DNA from: a virus
Lineage: Duplodnaviria; Caudoviricetes
IMG/VR virus record: IMGVR_UViG_3300048881_000698
Location: 32,001 to 96,000 of that record
Reading direction: 5' to 3' (one strand)
DNA: 64,000 bases
Position 1 is the first letter of the stretch. Each line of letters begins with the position of its first letter. Both the position numbers and the translations under genes were made by a program. The notes under the pieces were generated by a model. The model had not been told where the DNA came from. It saw only the letters and a program-made list of their open reading frames with translations, and searched no databases. Below, piece by piece: positions 46,741 through 56,334 of this stretch.

Positions 46741-47595
46741 CTATTCTCTATAAAAACCTCTCTTATCAATATGTTCTGGTTCGTCTCCAGTCATAACTCG
46801 TTCACGAGGCATTTTTGCCTCGACAGCGTTTTCCCTAATTACAATTTTTGGCTGTTCTTGGTTCTTATCTTCACCAATTATATACCCTAATACTTTTATA
46901 TTAATATCCGCTTGATACATCTTTTCACTAGTGGCTAAATTTGCTGCATTTGTTGTTGGCGTGAAACTGTCTTCAATAAATGCTTCATACTTATGTTCAT
47001 TTCTTTTTAAGAGAAAATGGTTTACTGCCCCAGTTCTTGTGATAAAAGGGGTGACCATCTGATTCATTTGTTGCTGATATTCACATCTTAATGTAACTCT
47101 GTACATCATTTCTACGTATACGGGAAGAGGGATTGAAATATTTTGATAAACAATCTTCTCATTTTTCTTTGGAAAATTGACTTGTTTTCTTAACCTATGT
47201 GCATCTGCATTCGCAAAATTTGAAGTTTTATCTTGATTTATGATCCTTCCGATGGTGATGGAACCTCCTTTTTCATCTAGGCCCGGAGGAATATGAGCTT
47301 GAAAAATGCCCTTATTAGCCAAATTTTTGCTAAGAGAGGTCCTGTCAACTGTGATGATAGGTAAAATTAATATTCCTTTATCATCTCGTAATTCTTTATT
47401 ATTTTTTACTTGAAATGCTCTTTCAGCTGATAACCATATAACTGGTGTTTTTTTGAATCCCTTGTTGGTCTCACAAGAAATATCGAATTCGTTATTTATA
47501 TACTCAAACAACGCTTTATCTATGTTTTCCAAAGTAGAAGGTTGAATTAATTTTTCTTCCAATACATTGGTGCTTATCAAAATGTTATTTGGCAT
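46741..47595 (-). CDS. Tail terminator/completion protein (gp15-like)
   Basis: LPIITVDRT, PVYVEMMY...YQQQMNQM; lies between neck and sheath genes. Confidence 0.65.
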   Translation of the reverse strand: MPNNILISTNVLEEKLIQPSTLENIDKALFEYINNEFDISCETNKGFKKTPVIWLSAERAFQVKNNKELRDDKGILILPIITVDRTSLSKNLANKGIFQAHIPPGLDEKGGSITIGRIINQDKTSNFANADAHRLRKQVNFPKKNEKIVYQNISIPLPVYVEMMYRVTLRCEYQQQMNQMVTPFITRTGAVNHFLLKRNEHKYEAFIEDSFTPTTNAANLATSEKMYQADINIKVLGYIIGEDKNQEQPKIVIRENAVEAKMPRERVMTGDEPEHIDKRGFYRE

Positions 47596-48070
47596 CGAAA
47601 AGGCCCTCACGTGCTTTAATACACTCTGCTGAGATTTCAAATTTATGATCTATCTGGCCGAACAATTGTCTAGACTCGGCCAACGAAACAATTTCATAAT
47701 AAATATCACCATATAAAACAAAGTCGCCAACTCTAACAAACAGATCTTGATCCTCTGTTAATCTCCTTTTATGAAATTGAACTGTGATGGTTGATTCGCT
47801 ATCAATTCCAACATTGCCCATAAAAGTTGTTTGGACGCCGCCAAAAGTTACCAGGGCATATACTCTGACAGGTGGCAAAAAAGATTTGGTCATAGCTTCA
47901 CCATAAAGATCGTGAAAGTTTGTATGCTCCAGGCTTATTGGATAATACAAAATTTGCTGACCTATTACTCTTTCAATGAGTTCATCGTTTACTTGCTTGA
48001 CAAGATCGCGTTCTTTCTTGCCGATAAATAAAGGAGGCGGTGGCTGTTTTGGCTGAGACCATTTTGGCAT
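47585..48070 (-). CDS. Neck / head-completion protein (gp14-like)
   Basis: ELIERVIGQQILYY, DLYGEA, VGDFVLY. Confidence 0.75.
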   Translation of the reverse strand: MPKWSQPKQPPPPLFIGKKERDLVKQVNDELIERVIGQQILYYPISLEHTNFHDLYGEAMTKSFLPPVRVYALVTFGGVQTTFMGNVGIDSESTITVQFHKRRLTEDQDLFVRVGDFVLYGDIYYEIVSLAESRQLFGQIDHKFEISAECIKAREGLFDAK

Positions 48071-48088
48071 TTGTCAGCTTCTCCTCCC

Positions 48089-49363
48089 TTATCCTACAAA
48101 CACAGGCAATGGTATTTTTGCTTGCAAGCTTACAGCTGTATCAGCCATGTTTGCTTCTAGCTCTGCTAATTTAGCATATGTTAGTTCATCAAGAACTCCC
48201 TTCAATTCATCTCTTAGCGCAATTTGTTCTGCTTGTGCGTGGCCAACTAGTTCTGCACCATTCAGACTTATCCCCTCGCCAGGAATTGGTATTGTTGCAA
48301 ACTTTCCTCTTATGTATCCTAACATTTCTTTACACAATGCAAGAGTAAACCTTCTAATCCATTGTTTTCCTATTGAATTTATGTGGCTAAATGGTATGTT
48401 TTCAAAGGGCAACGTGTTCATATTGTTAATGCCCGTAGTGTTAGTTTTCTTATCTTCGTCTTGGTCCCATGCATCTTTTTTGTTACGAATTGTATATTCA
48501 AACCACATCTTTCTTGGGCCAACTTCAGTCATGACGGGAAACACTCTAAGTTTATTGTTTCTTAGCTCAAATGAGTAGTGAGAATTCCTTGTGTAGATCG
48601 CACTTTCAAAACTTTTAGCTTGAAGTTTGTTTTGCCATACCGGTACAATTTGAAACTGTGAATCGTCGGCAAACTGACCGTAATTCTGAAGATTTCCTAC
48701 GGTATTCAGCCCTCCATAATAACCATAAAATCTCCACATAGCTTGTGGAGACTTATAATATACTTTCTTTATTAATATTTTACTGTTGTCTACTTTAGAA
48801 CCAGCACTTTCCTGCACAATACTTTGTAAGTCGTAATCTTGCTGATCGACAACTGTGTCAAAGGAAGCAGAATAGACTGTATCATATCCCCCAACGCCGG
48901 CTTCTGTGGAGAAGGCATCTCCTATACGTCTTGCGTATGTAAATTCGACATTAGGGAATCTAAGCGCAACATTCGAACCGCTCACTGATTTGCCAGTGGC
49001 CATATTAATGCTGCCAGAGTGTATAATTCCGTCATGGTCAAAGCTTCCTGTCGTTCCGCCAAGCATTGAGGATAATGAATTTTTTGCCTGGTGTACGTTT
49101 ACAATGTATGAATATTCTAAGCAAGCTTCTTCATAAGCTGCGTAGACGTTGCCTTCTGTAAGCTCTACATCTAAGACATCTCCGCCTAATTTCTTGTATG
49201 TGTAGGCGACCTGATCGACGGCACCTGCTTTGAAATCGGCTGCTCCTGACACGCGGAGATACATCCCAAACGATAAAGACGAGGAGACATTGCTGATGTT
49301 ACCTGTTACCGGAAGTCTTATAGCGCTTGTTGTGCTTGACGGTGTTAAACGTGAGGTTGCCAT
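48089..49363 (-). CDS. Neck protein (gp13-like)
   Basis: KLGGDVLDVELT, WIRRFTLALCKEMLGYIRGKF, IPIPG...LNG. Confidence 0.85.
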   Translation of the reverse strand: MATSRLTPSSTTSAIRLPVTGNISNVSSSLSFGMYLRVSGAADFKAGAVDQVAYTYKKLGGDVLDVELTEGNVYAAYEEACLEYSYIVNVHQAKNSLSSMLGGTTGSFDHDGIIHSGSINMATGKSVSGSNVALRFPNVEFTYARRIGDAFSTEAGVGGYDTVYSASFDTVVDQQDYDLQSIVQESAGSKVDNSKILIKKVYYKSPQAMWRFYGYYGGLNTVGNLQNYGQFADDSQFQIVPVWQNKLQAKSFESAIYTRNSHYSFELRNNKLRVFPVMTEVGPRKMWFEYTIRNKKDAWDQDEDKKTNTTGINNMNTLPFENIPFSHINSIGKQWIRRFTLALCKEMLGYIRGKFATIPIPGEGISLNGAELVGHAQAEQIALRDELKGVLDELTYAKLAELEANMADTAVSLQAKIPLPVFVG

Positions 49364-49402
49364 TCATTAGATTCTCCTATACACATTAAATAGTTTGGCG
49401 GG

Positions 49403-49440
49403 AAAAGAAAACCCCACCTGAAATTAATCAAGTGGGGTTT
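49403..49440 (-). terminator. Rho-independent terminator
   Basis: AAACCCCAC...GTGGGGTTT stem with adjacent U-tract. Confidence 0.7.
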
Positions 49441-49471
49441 AATTTTAATAAATCGAAAAGTTTATTGGTTA

Positions 49472-50113
49472 TTATACAGCGGAGATGGCGAGGTGTGTGC
49501 TAGTGAACGCTCCACTTCCTAGCTGGCTTCCTCTCCATGCGATTCTCCAAAAGCCATCGACAGCACAATAAAACGCAAGCTCGGCGTCCTTATTCGTTTG
49601 ATTATTGGTGGCCACGCCGGTGAAAGATATTTTATTATGGGTGGTGCCATCCATGGTCCTTAGCCCGGAATGGGAGTTGGTGGCCTGCGTCCAGCTCGTC
49701 TGGATTGCTCGCTTAGTGATGACCTGACCAGCGCTGATATTCGAGACGTTAAGATTAATCGTTCCAGCGGCCAAGAGGTCACCTGACGCACAGGTGAATG
49801 ACAACACGTCGTCGTCATCGTATTGCCCGGTGAAGCGAAAGACCGTCAGCGCGCCTTGAGCCGCGGCCGGCAAGGTAAGTGCTGCAGTCTCAGTGCCGAT
49901 GGCAGCGCTTTCATAAATATATCCATCTACCATGGAAGGGCCGGCCTCGGTTTCGGCCGCATTTAATACCGATACGGTCATTCCATCCCAGTCTTCAGTT
50001 GCGAATCTAATGTAATTACTAGAAATTGTATTGGAAGTAAGCTCCTGCACATTTGCCTTCATCACAGGCCTCATAGACCTTCTTAGTAAATTGACTGCTC
50101 TTTTTGAACCCAT
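49472..50113 (-). CDS. Hypothetical virion protein, possible capsid decoration protein
   Basis: Directly after the capsid gene; own late motif and AGGAG before MGSKR; LTLPAA motif. Confidence 0.55.
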   Translation of the reverse strand: MGSKRAVNLLRRSMRPVMKANVQELTSNTISSNYIRFATEDWDGMTVSVLNAAETEAGPSMVDGYIYESAAIGTETAALTLPAAAQGALTVFRFTGQYDDDDVLSFTCASGDLLAAGTINLNVSNISAGQVITKRAIQTSWTQATNSHSGLRTMDGTTHNKISFTGVATNNQTNKDAELAFYCAVDGFWRIAWRGSQLGSGAFTSTHLAISAV

Positions 50114-50187
50114 TATTTCTTTCTCCTCTAAATGAATGGAATTGCGGGCATGCCGCTTATACATCTATAAGTAGTATAGTCAATATG

Positions 50188-50224
50188 AAAAAGAAGGCCC
50201 CGAGTTCTCACTCGGGGCCTTTTT
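50188..50224 (-). terminator. Rho-independent terminator after the major capsid gene
   Basis: AAGGCCCCGAGT-TCTC-ACTCGGGGCCTT flanked by A/T tracts. Confidence 0.88.
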
Positions 50225-50271
50225 ATGCCAAACTCCTAATTTTACTTAGGAATTATCTTTATCTTTTAGGA

Positions 50272-52041
50272 TTAACCCAAAAGGTCTTGCACAATGACGA
50301 TGCCATAGAAATCAGGTCGGACCATTTTCTTGGCATATCGAGTCATGACACCCTTACGGGGCACGAAGTCTTCAACACCGAAAATTGTCGGAGTGACCTG
50401 GAGAGGCACATAAGGAGCATAAACGTAGCCGCTCTCAAGGAACGAACCACCTTTACGACCTACAAGGAGTACATTCCTTGGGAAATAGGGGTCAACGTAG
50501 ACATCCCATTTCTTACTGAGGGAACCTGTCTTAACAGCTCCCACAGAGCCTCGATCAGTATCGCCAGTTACGTCGGCACGGAAGCCGCTGGTGAACTCAA
50601 GGACATTGGCAATCTCTGGTCCGCAAACAAGGAAGTTTGCGCCTCCGCGAAGAGTTTTACGATGAATCTGGGCAGACACATCATTAACCGTCTCAGCGAG
50701 AGTCTCGTACCATTCGGATACCGTACCAGTGAAATCGGGAGCAACCGTAGTTGCGCCAACTTCGTGACCACCTGTCCGATGCAAGAATTTGCCCGGGCTG
50801 CGAGACCAGTAATAGGTACCAGCAGTGGCGCCCTTGATAAGATCTTCAAGGATCTCACGGTCAATCTCAAGAGCAATTTGCTCAGAGAGAATACCAGTAA
50901 GCTCTACCTCGGCATCGAGGTTGTGATAAGCGTTAAGATCCTGACCAAGTTCAGGGGTCCATTTCGCCTTGAGCTTTTTGGTGACGGCCGTGACAGACAC
51001 ACTATCGACTTTGATGTCGATTTCCGGGATGAATGCATCATCCTCGAGGCCCCAAGTATTAGCCCCAACAACAGCACCTAGACCGCGTCCCGGAGTTTCC
51101 GTGACGTTATCAAAGTTATCAGTAATTGGGAAAGTGAAACCTAGTGAATCCGTCGAATCACGGGACGTGATGGTGTCGACGAGACGCGTGTCGTTGCCCT
51201 GGCCCGCATCATATTCGCCCGAGGGGGCTTCGAATACAAGCTGTAACATGAAATTGGCGCTACCCGGATCATCCGGAGCTGTAGAGCCAGAATGAATCGA
51301 AGTTAGTCGACGAATCAATCTAACACCACCCATGGTGGTTGAACCAGTCAGCGAAAGCCCGACAAGATTGTCAAGGTTAAGCTGAGCCAGGTGCGAACTA
51401 CCCGTCATTTTAGCAACAACACATACGGAGCCACTAAGATCCGGATCAAAACGCACAAGCTTATTCAGCGTTGTGTGAAGTTCTGGTTCCACACCTACGA
51501 CACCACCAGCGAGCAGCGCGAGGTTGTCGCTGTCGGCAAGAACGATTGAGCCAGTAGGCGAGGAATAGGCATTGTTAAGGTTGTAAAAGCCTTTCTCGGC
51601 ATTAGCGCCAGTAAGACTCACACCACCAGTAACCTGTTGACCTACAACTCCGCCGCCGTAGAGTGAATCTCCGGAAGCGCCGCCAGTATAGCCTAGACGA
51701 GTGTTGGTGTGCTGAAAATCCATGAAGAAGATCAGACCAGAGGGCAAACTCATGGGCTGAACACTTACTAGATCATTAGCGATGAGGCCGCCAAATACGC
51801 GTCGTACGAGCGGAAATGCTACAGCAGCAAACCCCTCGACGTCGCCCGCGGCCATTGTTGAAGCTTCTCGAAGAAGCTCCTTGGCTTGGTTCTCTAAGAG
51901 AACAGCCATTCCTGTTCGAAGGTTATCTTGGTCGATGCCCTCCAAAAGGCCAGTCTTCTCCCACTTATTAAGCAGGGCAGTACCTTCCTTTTGGAGATCT
52001 CGGTTAACGATACCCTCAGTTAACTTTTGTAATACAGACAT
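50272..52041 (-). CDS. Major capsid protein (gp23-like)
   Basis: LLENQ, FPLVRRVF, VSVQPMSLPSGLIF, KLKAKWTPELGQDL, EIDREIL, YAPYVPL, GVMTRYA. Confidence 0.97.
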   Translation of the reverse strand: MSVLQKLTEGIVNRDLQKEGTALLNKWEKTGLLEGIDQDNLRTGMAVLLENQAKELLREASTMAAGDVEGFAAVAFPLVRRVFGGLIANDLVSVQPMSLPSGLIFFMDFQHTNTRLGYTGGASGDSLYGGGVVGQQVTGGVSLTGANAEKGFYNLNNAYSSPTGSIVLADSDNLALLAGGVVGVEPELHTTLNKLVRFDPDLSGSVCVVAKMTGSSHLAQLNLDNLVGLSLTGSTTMGGVRLIRRLTSIHSGSTAPDDPGSANFMLQLVFEAPSGEYDAGQGNDTRLVDTITSRDSTDSLGFTFPITDNFDNVTETPGRGLGAVVGANTWGLEDDAFIPEIDIKVDSVSVTAVTKKLKAKWTPELGQDLNAYHNLDAEVELTGILSEQIALEIDREILEDLIKGATAGTYYWSRSPGKFLHRTGGHEVGATTVAPDFTGTVSEWYETLAETVNDVSAQIHRKTLRGGANFLVCGPEIANVLEFTSGFRADVTGDTDRGSVGAVKTGSLSKKWDVYVDPYFPRNVLLVGRKGGSFLESGYVYAPYVPLQVTPTIFGVEDFVPRKGVMTRYAKKMVRPDFYGIVIVQDLLG

Positions 52042-52057
52042 TTTATTAATCTCCTTT

Positions 52058-53488
52058 TTATTTAATACCTGCTAAGATCTTCCAACGATCCGATATCGGA
52101 TCTGAAGGTTTTGTCACGTCTTGTTTACGTGGCAAAAGTGTCGAGGGGCGTCTAACTACTTCGCTAAGTGATTCCGGTCCACGATCTTTTTTAGTGGCCC
52201 GCACCGTGCTTTGAAGAGTTTCGTAAATAACTTTCGCCTCCTCAACTGACTGAACTTTTGAAATCGCATCAGCAATTTTGTTTTTTTGCCGCTCATTCAT
52301 GGAGTCGCTATTCAAAGTCCTGTTCGTGTAAAGCAATTTTGCATTTGTAAGATTGACTTCGTGAAGTCTATTCTTCAATTTAACAAGCAAGCTTTCATAT
52401 TGTTTATTTTTTTCATTTAAAGTTTTAAAATGTTTATCATATCTTTTTAAAGATTCTTTAAGTTTAGTATTTTCTTGTGTAATTTGTGTTTCAAGATTAG
52501 TTCCAACGCCTGGTGTCAATCTTGAAGGAGTTTCATTTCCTAATTGCGCATTGAGTATATCTAAATTTTCTTCGTCGAGCGCACGATTGCTGCCGCCGCC
52601 AGGTTGACCGGTCGGAACAGCTTGAACGTCTACAGCGAGTGCTTCTAGAATTTCAGCCAAATCAGACTCGTTAAGTTGCATTTCATCATCTTCTTCCTCT
52701 TCTTCACCCTCTTCATCGTCTTCATCGTCGACAGTGGCAGTATTATCAAATGGGTTGTCACCGCCTTCAACAGGCTCAAAGTCCATATCGTCCTCGTCGT
52801 CGTTGGTATCAACCGTAGTGGAAAGACCCTCTGCACCGGCTTGCACAGCTAAGCTATGTACTGCAGCCATGGCCAGAGAAGCTAAATCTTCGGGATCCAC
52901 GTCTTCAATTTCAATTGTGTTTTCGTCGTCTTCTTCGTCGTCTTCTTCATCGTACTCTTCATCGTACTCTTCTGGTTCTGGACCCATCAGCGGGCAATCT
53001 TCTAGTACAAGAAAGATTTCATCGTCGGCAAGTTCGTGTTCCATCATCATCATTTCTTCTCCTGGTGGGCCACCCATCATTTCAGGGCCCATGGGCGCGC
53101 CGGCTGGTGGCTGTCCCGCCGCTACTTGATCTTCGTCGGCCATTCTTCGAAGCTGACTGAAACTAATATCTACTTTTTCTTCTTCATCCGGACATGGGCA
53201 AAGTTCTTCACCTTCCGTTGCAGCTAAAGGAATTTCATCAACTAGGGCAGAAGGCGGTGCGGTTGGCGGCATGCCCATTCCCATTTCAGGCGGCATGCCC
53301 ATCCCCATTTCAGGCGGCATGCCCATTCCCATGGGATCTTCTCCTGGCATAGGCTGCTCGAGCAAAACTTCTATTGCTTCTTTAATTTCTTTAGAATACT
53401 TCTCAATAATAGTTTGCTCTGCGTTTTTGAGCGCAGCTTCTTTCAGTGCTTCTGCATCGACGATAGCCTGTTCCAACATTTGCGACAT
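52058..53488 (-). CDS. Prohead core scaffold protein (gp22-like)
   Basis: Acidic and coiled-coil, just upstream of the capsid gene, ends RWKILAGIK. Confidence 0.8.
   Translation of the reverse strand: MSQMLEQAIVDAEALKEAALKNAEQTIIEKYSKEIKEAIEVLLEQPMPGEDPMGMGMPPEMGMGMPPEMGMGMPPTAPPSALVDEIPLAATEGEELCPCPDEEEKVDISFSQLRRMADEDQVAAGQPPAGAPMGPEMMGGPPGEEMMMMEHELADDEIFLVLEDCPLMGPEPEEYDEEYDEEDDEEDDENTIEIEDVDPEDLASLAMAAVHSLAVQAGAEGLSTTVDTNDDEDDMDFEPVEGGDNPFDNTATVDDEDDEEGEEEEEDDEMQLNESDLAEILEALAVDVQAVPTGQPGGGSNRALDEENLDILNAQLGNETPSRLTPGVGTNLETQITQENTKLKESLKRYDKHFKTLNEKNKQYESLLVKLKNRLHEVNLTNAKLLYTNRTLNSDSMNERQKNKIADAISKVQSVEEAKVIYETLQSTVRATKKDRGPESLSEVVRRPSTLLPRKQDVTKPSDPISDRWKILAGIK
53268..53333 (-). repeat. 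In-frame 24-bp tandem repeat (PPEMGMGM) in the scaffold gene
   Basis: ggcggcatgcccat(t/c)cccatttca units. Confidence 0.8.
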
Positions 53489-53559
53489 TTAGCTTTCTCC
53501 AAGGGCATTATTAGCTAAAAATAAATAGTATGTTATACAGGTAAATGACAAAACTAGTT

Positions 53560-54036
53560 TTAATCAGAAATTCCAGGCCAGCCGACACCATCGGTATCCG
53601 ACTCGTTGGCGTAGAGGCGACCTAGTGATCCAGTTGGAATTGAGGTCAACTCAGCAAAAACTTGAAAGGCAGCGTCTCCAGAATAAGAACCATCGCCAGA
53701 AATATACATTCTATCAACTTTGACAGCGGCGTCAAAAGCATCTTCGTGTGTATCTAAAGTGATATAATGAAGATTGCCAATCACATTATTTGTATTGCCT
53801 TTGCTACAAAAATGAACTCTTATTTCTTTATCCGCTCGATTGATAACTGTGATTCTTCTTGTGACATACGGAAATTTGATTTCCATCTCTTGGTCGTTCA
53901 AATGATTAGCTGATCCGGTTATATAAGGGTACCCGGACACCATGTACGCTGACGTATTACCAATACCTTGTTGCCATTGCGTTCCAGAGCGACGTGGTAC
54001 TGCCTGCATTTCCCCCCAAGTTTTATGACTTCCCAT
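53560..54036 (-). CDS. Hypothetical virion-associated protein
   Basis: 158 aa within the head module; late motif upstream. Confidence 0.65.
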   Translation of the reverse strand: MGSHKTWGEMQAVPRRSGTQWQQGIGNTSAYMVSGYPYITGSANHLNDQEMEIKFPYVTRRITVINRADKEIRVHFCSKGNTNNVIGNLHYITLDTHEDAFDAAVKVDRMYISGDGSYSGDAAFQVFAELTSIPTGSLGRLYANESDTDGVGWPGISD

Positions 54037-54064
54037 CTTTATACCTCAATTTAGCTTGCTAATA

Positions 54065-54286
54065 TTAAGTAGTTTCGTCTTTTTCTTTTGCCCTATCTAT
54101 CGTATTCTTCCGTCTCTTGGCTGTTCTTCTTTTAACTTCGGAAGGTTTTTCATAATACATATTTTCTTTAAATTCTTCGATTATTCTTTCTTTCTTAATT
54201 TTTTTCGAAAATCTCTTTATGGTTCTCTCAATTGGTTCGTTCTTCTTTGGATATACTTCCACGTTTATAGGGCGGCGGCTACTCAT
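54065..54286 (-). CDS. rpsU: 30S ribosomal protein bS21
   Basis: VEV...NEPIERTIKRFSKKIKKERIIEE...YYEKPSEVKRR. Confidence 0.88.
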   Translation of the reverse strand: MSSRRPINVEVYPKKNEPIERTIKRFSKKIKKERIIEEFKENMYYEKPSEVKRRTAKRRKNTIDRAKEKDETT

Positions 54287-54735
54287 TTTTTATCCCCAAC
54301 AAGACTCTTCCATACACCAGTCTTATCCATGAGTCCAGAAATATCTATTCCTGGATCGGAAGGGTCGCGGCCTGATAAAGGACTCGTATCGGGCAGATCT
54401 GACCTAGGTTCGCCACCTTTTGCTAGCGGCTCAGTATTCTCGAACAAATCAATTCCATTATAAGATGATTGCCCTATTGCTTCCAACATTTGATGTCTTG
54501 TTTCTTTTATTTGTTGCCTTTGTGCAACCTTATGTTGTTCTTGCAGATTTTGACCAGCTGCAACTGGAGGTTGGATATTTTTAGATTTGGTCCTGGTTTC
54601 TAATACAACGCCAGAACTAAGCCCAGTTACGACTTCGGAAATAATACTCGATAAAATGCCCTCTTCAAAAAGCACCTCTTTGATACATTGTTTTACAAGG
54701 GGTTTCAAAAGATTTCTCAACTCATTTTTTTTCAT
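54283..54735 (-). CDS. Hypothetical head-module protein
   Basis: MKKNELRNLLKPLVKQCIKEVLFEE leader. Confidence 0.7.
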   Translation of the reverse strand: MKKNELRNLLKPLVKQCIKEVLFEEGILSSIISEVVTGLSSGVVLETRTKSKNIQPPVAAGQNLQEQHKVAQRQQIKETRHQMLEAIGQSSYNGIDLFENTEPLAKGGEPRSDLPDTSPLSGRDPSDPGIDISGLMDKTGVWKSLVGDKK

Positions 54736-55343
54736 TACCCACCTCTAAGTATTTCATTAAGCGCTCTGTTAATACGATCCGCTTTGTTAAAGATCCTATT
54801 AAGATTAACATTTTTCCCTTCGCTCACCATAAACGCACCGGTTGTTGATGGTTCCGATACAAAATCAAAACAAATCAATTGAAAGTCATCTTCAACAATA
54901 GTATCTCCGTTTGCCTCTTTTACTGAACCTAAACCCCTAGATGATATCCCAAGCTTGACACCAGCTTTTACAAGCTCTTTCAATACCTGGCCTGATGGGG
55001 TATCAAGAACTTGAACTTTGCCCATAACATCATCACCATTCCACCAAACCTCCGTTACTAGATGCGACGCATTTTTAAGATTAATCACTTGATCGTCAGG
55101 GTGGTCTAACTCGCCAAGGGCCCTACGCTCTTTTACTAATTTTTTATAGTTTTCGACCTCTCTTTCTAGGATTTCTCTGCCATATATTCGACCATTGCCA
55201 TTTTTTACATTAGCCTTTTGCATAACACCTGTAAGAAACACATGACCATTTCTAACCATTTTCTTCTCTGCTTCAGTTAGAAAATCTTGACAGGCGCCGC
55301 CTTCACAAAGTTCATAATATTCCCTTAATAGTTGTTTTGACAT
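54735..55343 (-). CDS. Prohead protease (gp21-like)
   Basis: NGNGRIY, ALGELDHP, SH, GISSRGLGS, FDFVSEPST. Confidence 0.95.
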   Translation of the reverse strand: MSKQLLREYYELCEGGACQDFLTEAEKKMVRNGHVFLTGVMQKANVKNGNGRIYGREILEREVENYKKLVKERRALGELDHPDDQVINLKNASHLVTEVWWNGDDVMGKVQVLDTPSGQVLKELVKAGVKLGISSRGLGSVKEANGDTIVEDDFQLICFDFVSEPSTTGAFMVSEGKNVNLNRIFNKADRINRALNEILRGG

Positions 55344-55345
55344 AG

Positions 55346-55402
55346 CTATGAGCCTTTACAGCAATGTCTTACTGGTTGTAACATCCATTTTTTAGTATAC
55401 AT
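55346..55402 (-). CDS. 18-aa micro-ORF MYTKKWMLQPVRHCCKGS
   Basis: AGGAG Shine-Dalgarno, TAATG overlap with the upstream gene, stop 2 nt before the protease ATG. Confidence 0.55.
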   Translation of the reverse strand: MYTKKWMLQPVRHCCKGS

Positions 55403-55713
55403 TATAATTCTCCTCTAATTTGCAAACCATTGTCATCAATTAACGAACATAGAGTATATGAGGTGCCTGAACTTAAACAACCTAAAAGAAGATAACTGAT
55501 CAATGTGTGCTCAAACGTAAATAGTTCTGTATAATCGTTTATTCCGCACAAAAATAGACCTGTCCAGAACCCCACGCACATTGGACAGTGAAGAAGTTCG
55601 CACAACCAGTCCGAACAGCTTGAAACTCCTTCGCGAACAAATTTAAAAATATGACTATAAACAATAATTGATGTCATGCCATACGCGCATAGGATAAAAT
55701 AAATAAGTTCCAT
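55402..55713 (-). CDS. Small membrane protein, DUF1360-like
   Basis: Three hydrophobic segments and LLHCPMCVGFW. Confidence 0.65.
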   Translation of the reverse strand: MELIYFILCAYGMTSIIVYSHIFKFVREGVSSCSDWLCELLHCPMCVGFWTGLFLCGINDYTELFTFEHTLISYLLLGCLSSGTSYTLCSLIDDNGLQIRGEL

Positions 55714-56334
55714 TTAATACCTGTAAAATGAAGTCATACCGTACGGGCCACGAATATACCCAGGTCGCAAAGAACCCTTCTTTTCTTGGTGCGGAACTTC
55801 GCCAAGTTCCGTAGAATCTTCATCGTCTGGATTGGTAAGGTCACTGACGAGTTGTTTTTCCTGCCTCTTAAACAATGAATAAAATGGGGCTTCTTCTTTC
55901 ATAAATTTTCCTATAAGGAAAACCGCCATCTCTAAAGGATCTACAGTATCATCATAAGATGGAACCATTTTTCCTTCCATGGATCCGTAAACGTTGCCAC
56001 CATGCACACTATATGAATCTATAATACCTTTTTTTACTAAAAAATAAAAAAGTCTGTCTTGTGCAGGGTAAGTAGAATCTGTTATCTCATCCTTTGGAAA
56101 CGCAACAACTTTATTTTTAGCGGGCATGATTATAACATCGAGGTCCTCATGATCAAGAATCATAAGATTCCCATCAACAGATTTACGAATTTTGAGAGAC
56201 ATCTTTTCTTGAACTTTAGGTTTCGGCGGAGGAACCAGTGGCCCTGATGCTGGCATTGCCTCTCTGTCACCCACCCTAATCGTAATTGGATCTGGCGATT
56301 TTGCCGCATCTCCTATTTCAACATTAATTGTCAT
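55714..56334 (-). CDS. Hypothetical head-module protein
   Basis: 206-aa ORF between portal and protease genes. Confidence 0.7.
   Translation of the reverse strand: MTINVEIGDAAKSPDPITIRVGDREAMPASGPLVPPPKPKVQEKMSLKIRKSVDGNLMILDHEDLDVIIMPAKNKVVAFPKDEITDSTYPAQDRLFYFLVKKGIIDSYSVHGGNVYGSMEGKMVPSYDDTVDPLEMAVFLIGKFMKEEAPFYSLFKRQEKQLVSDLTNPDDEDSTELGEVPHQEKKGSLRPGYIRGPYGMTSFYRY

Noticed and set aside
50104-51081. 325-aa plus-strand ORF, and other plus-strand ORFs such as 5164-5874, 44129-44677 and 61453-62022
   Set aside because: They are antisense shadows of conserved minus-strand genes, with no recognisable motifs or expression signals.
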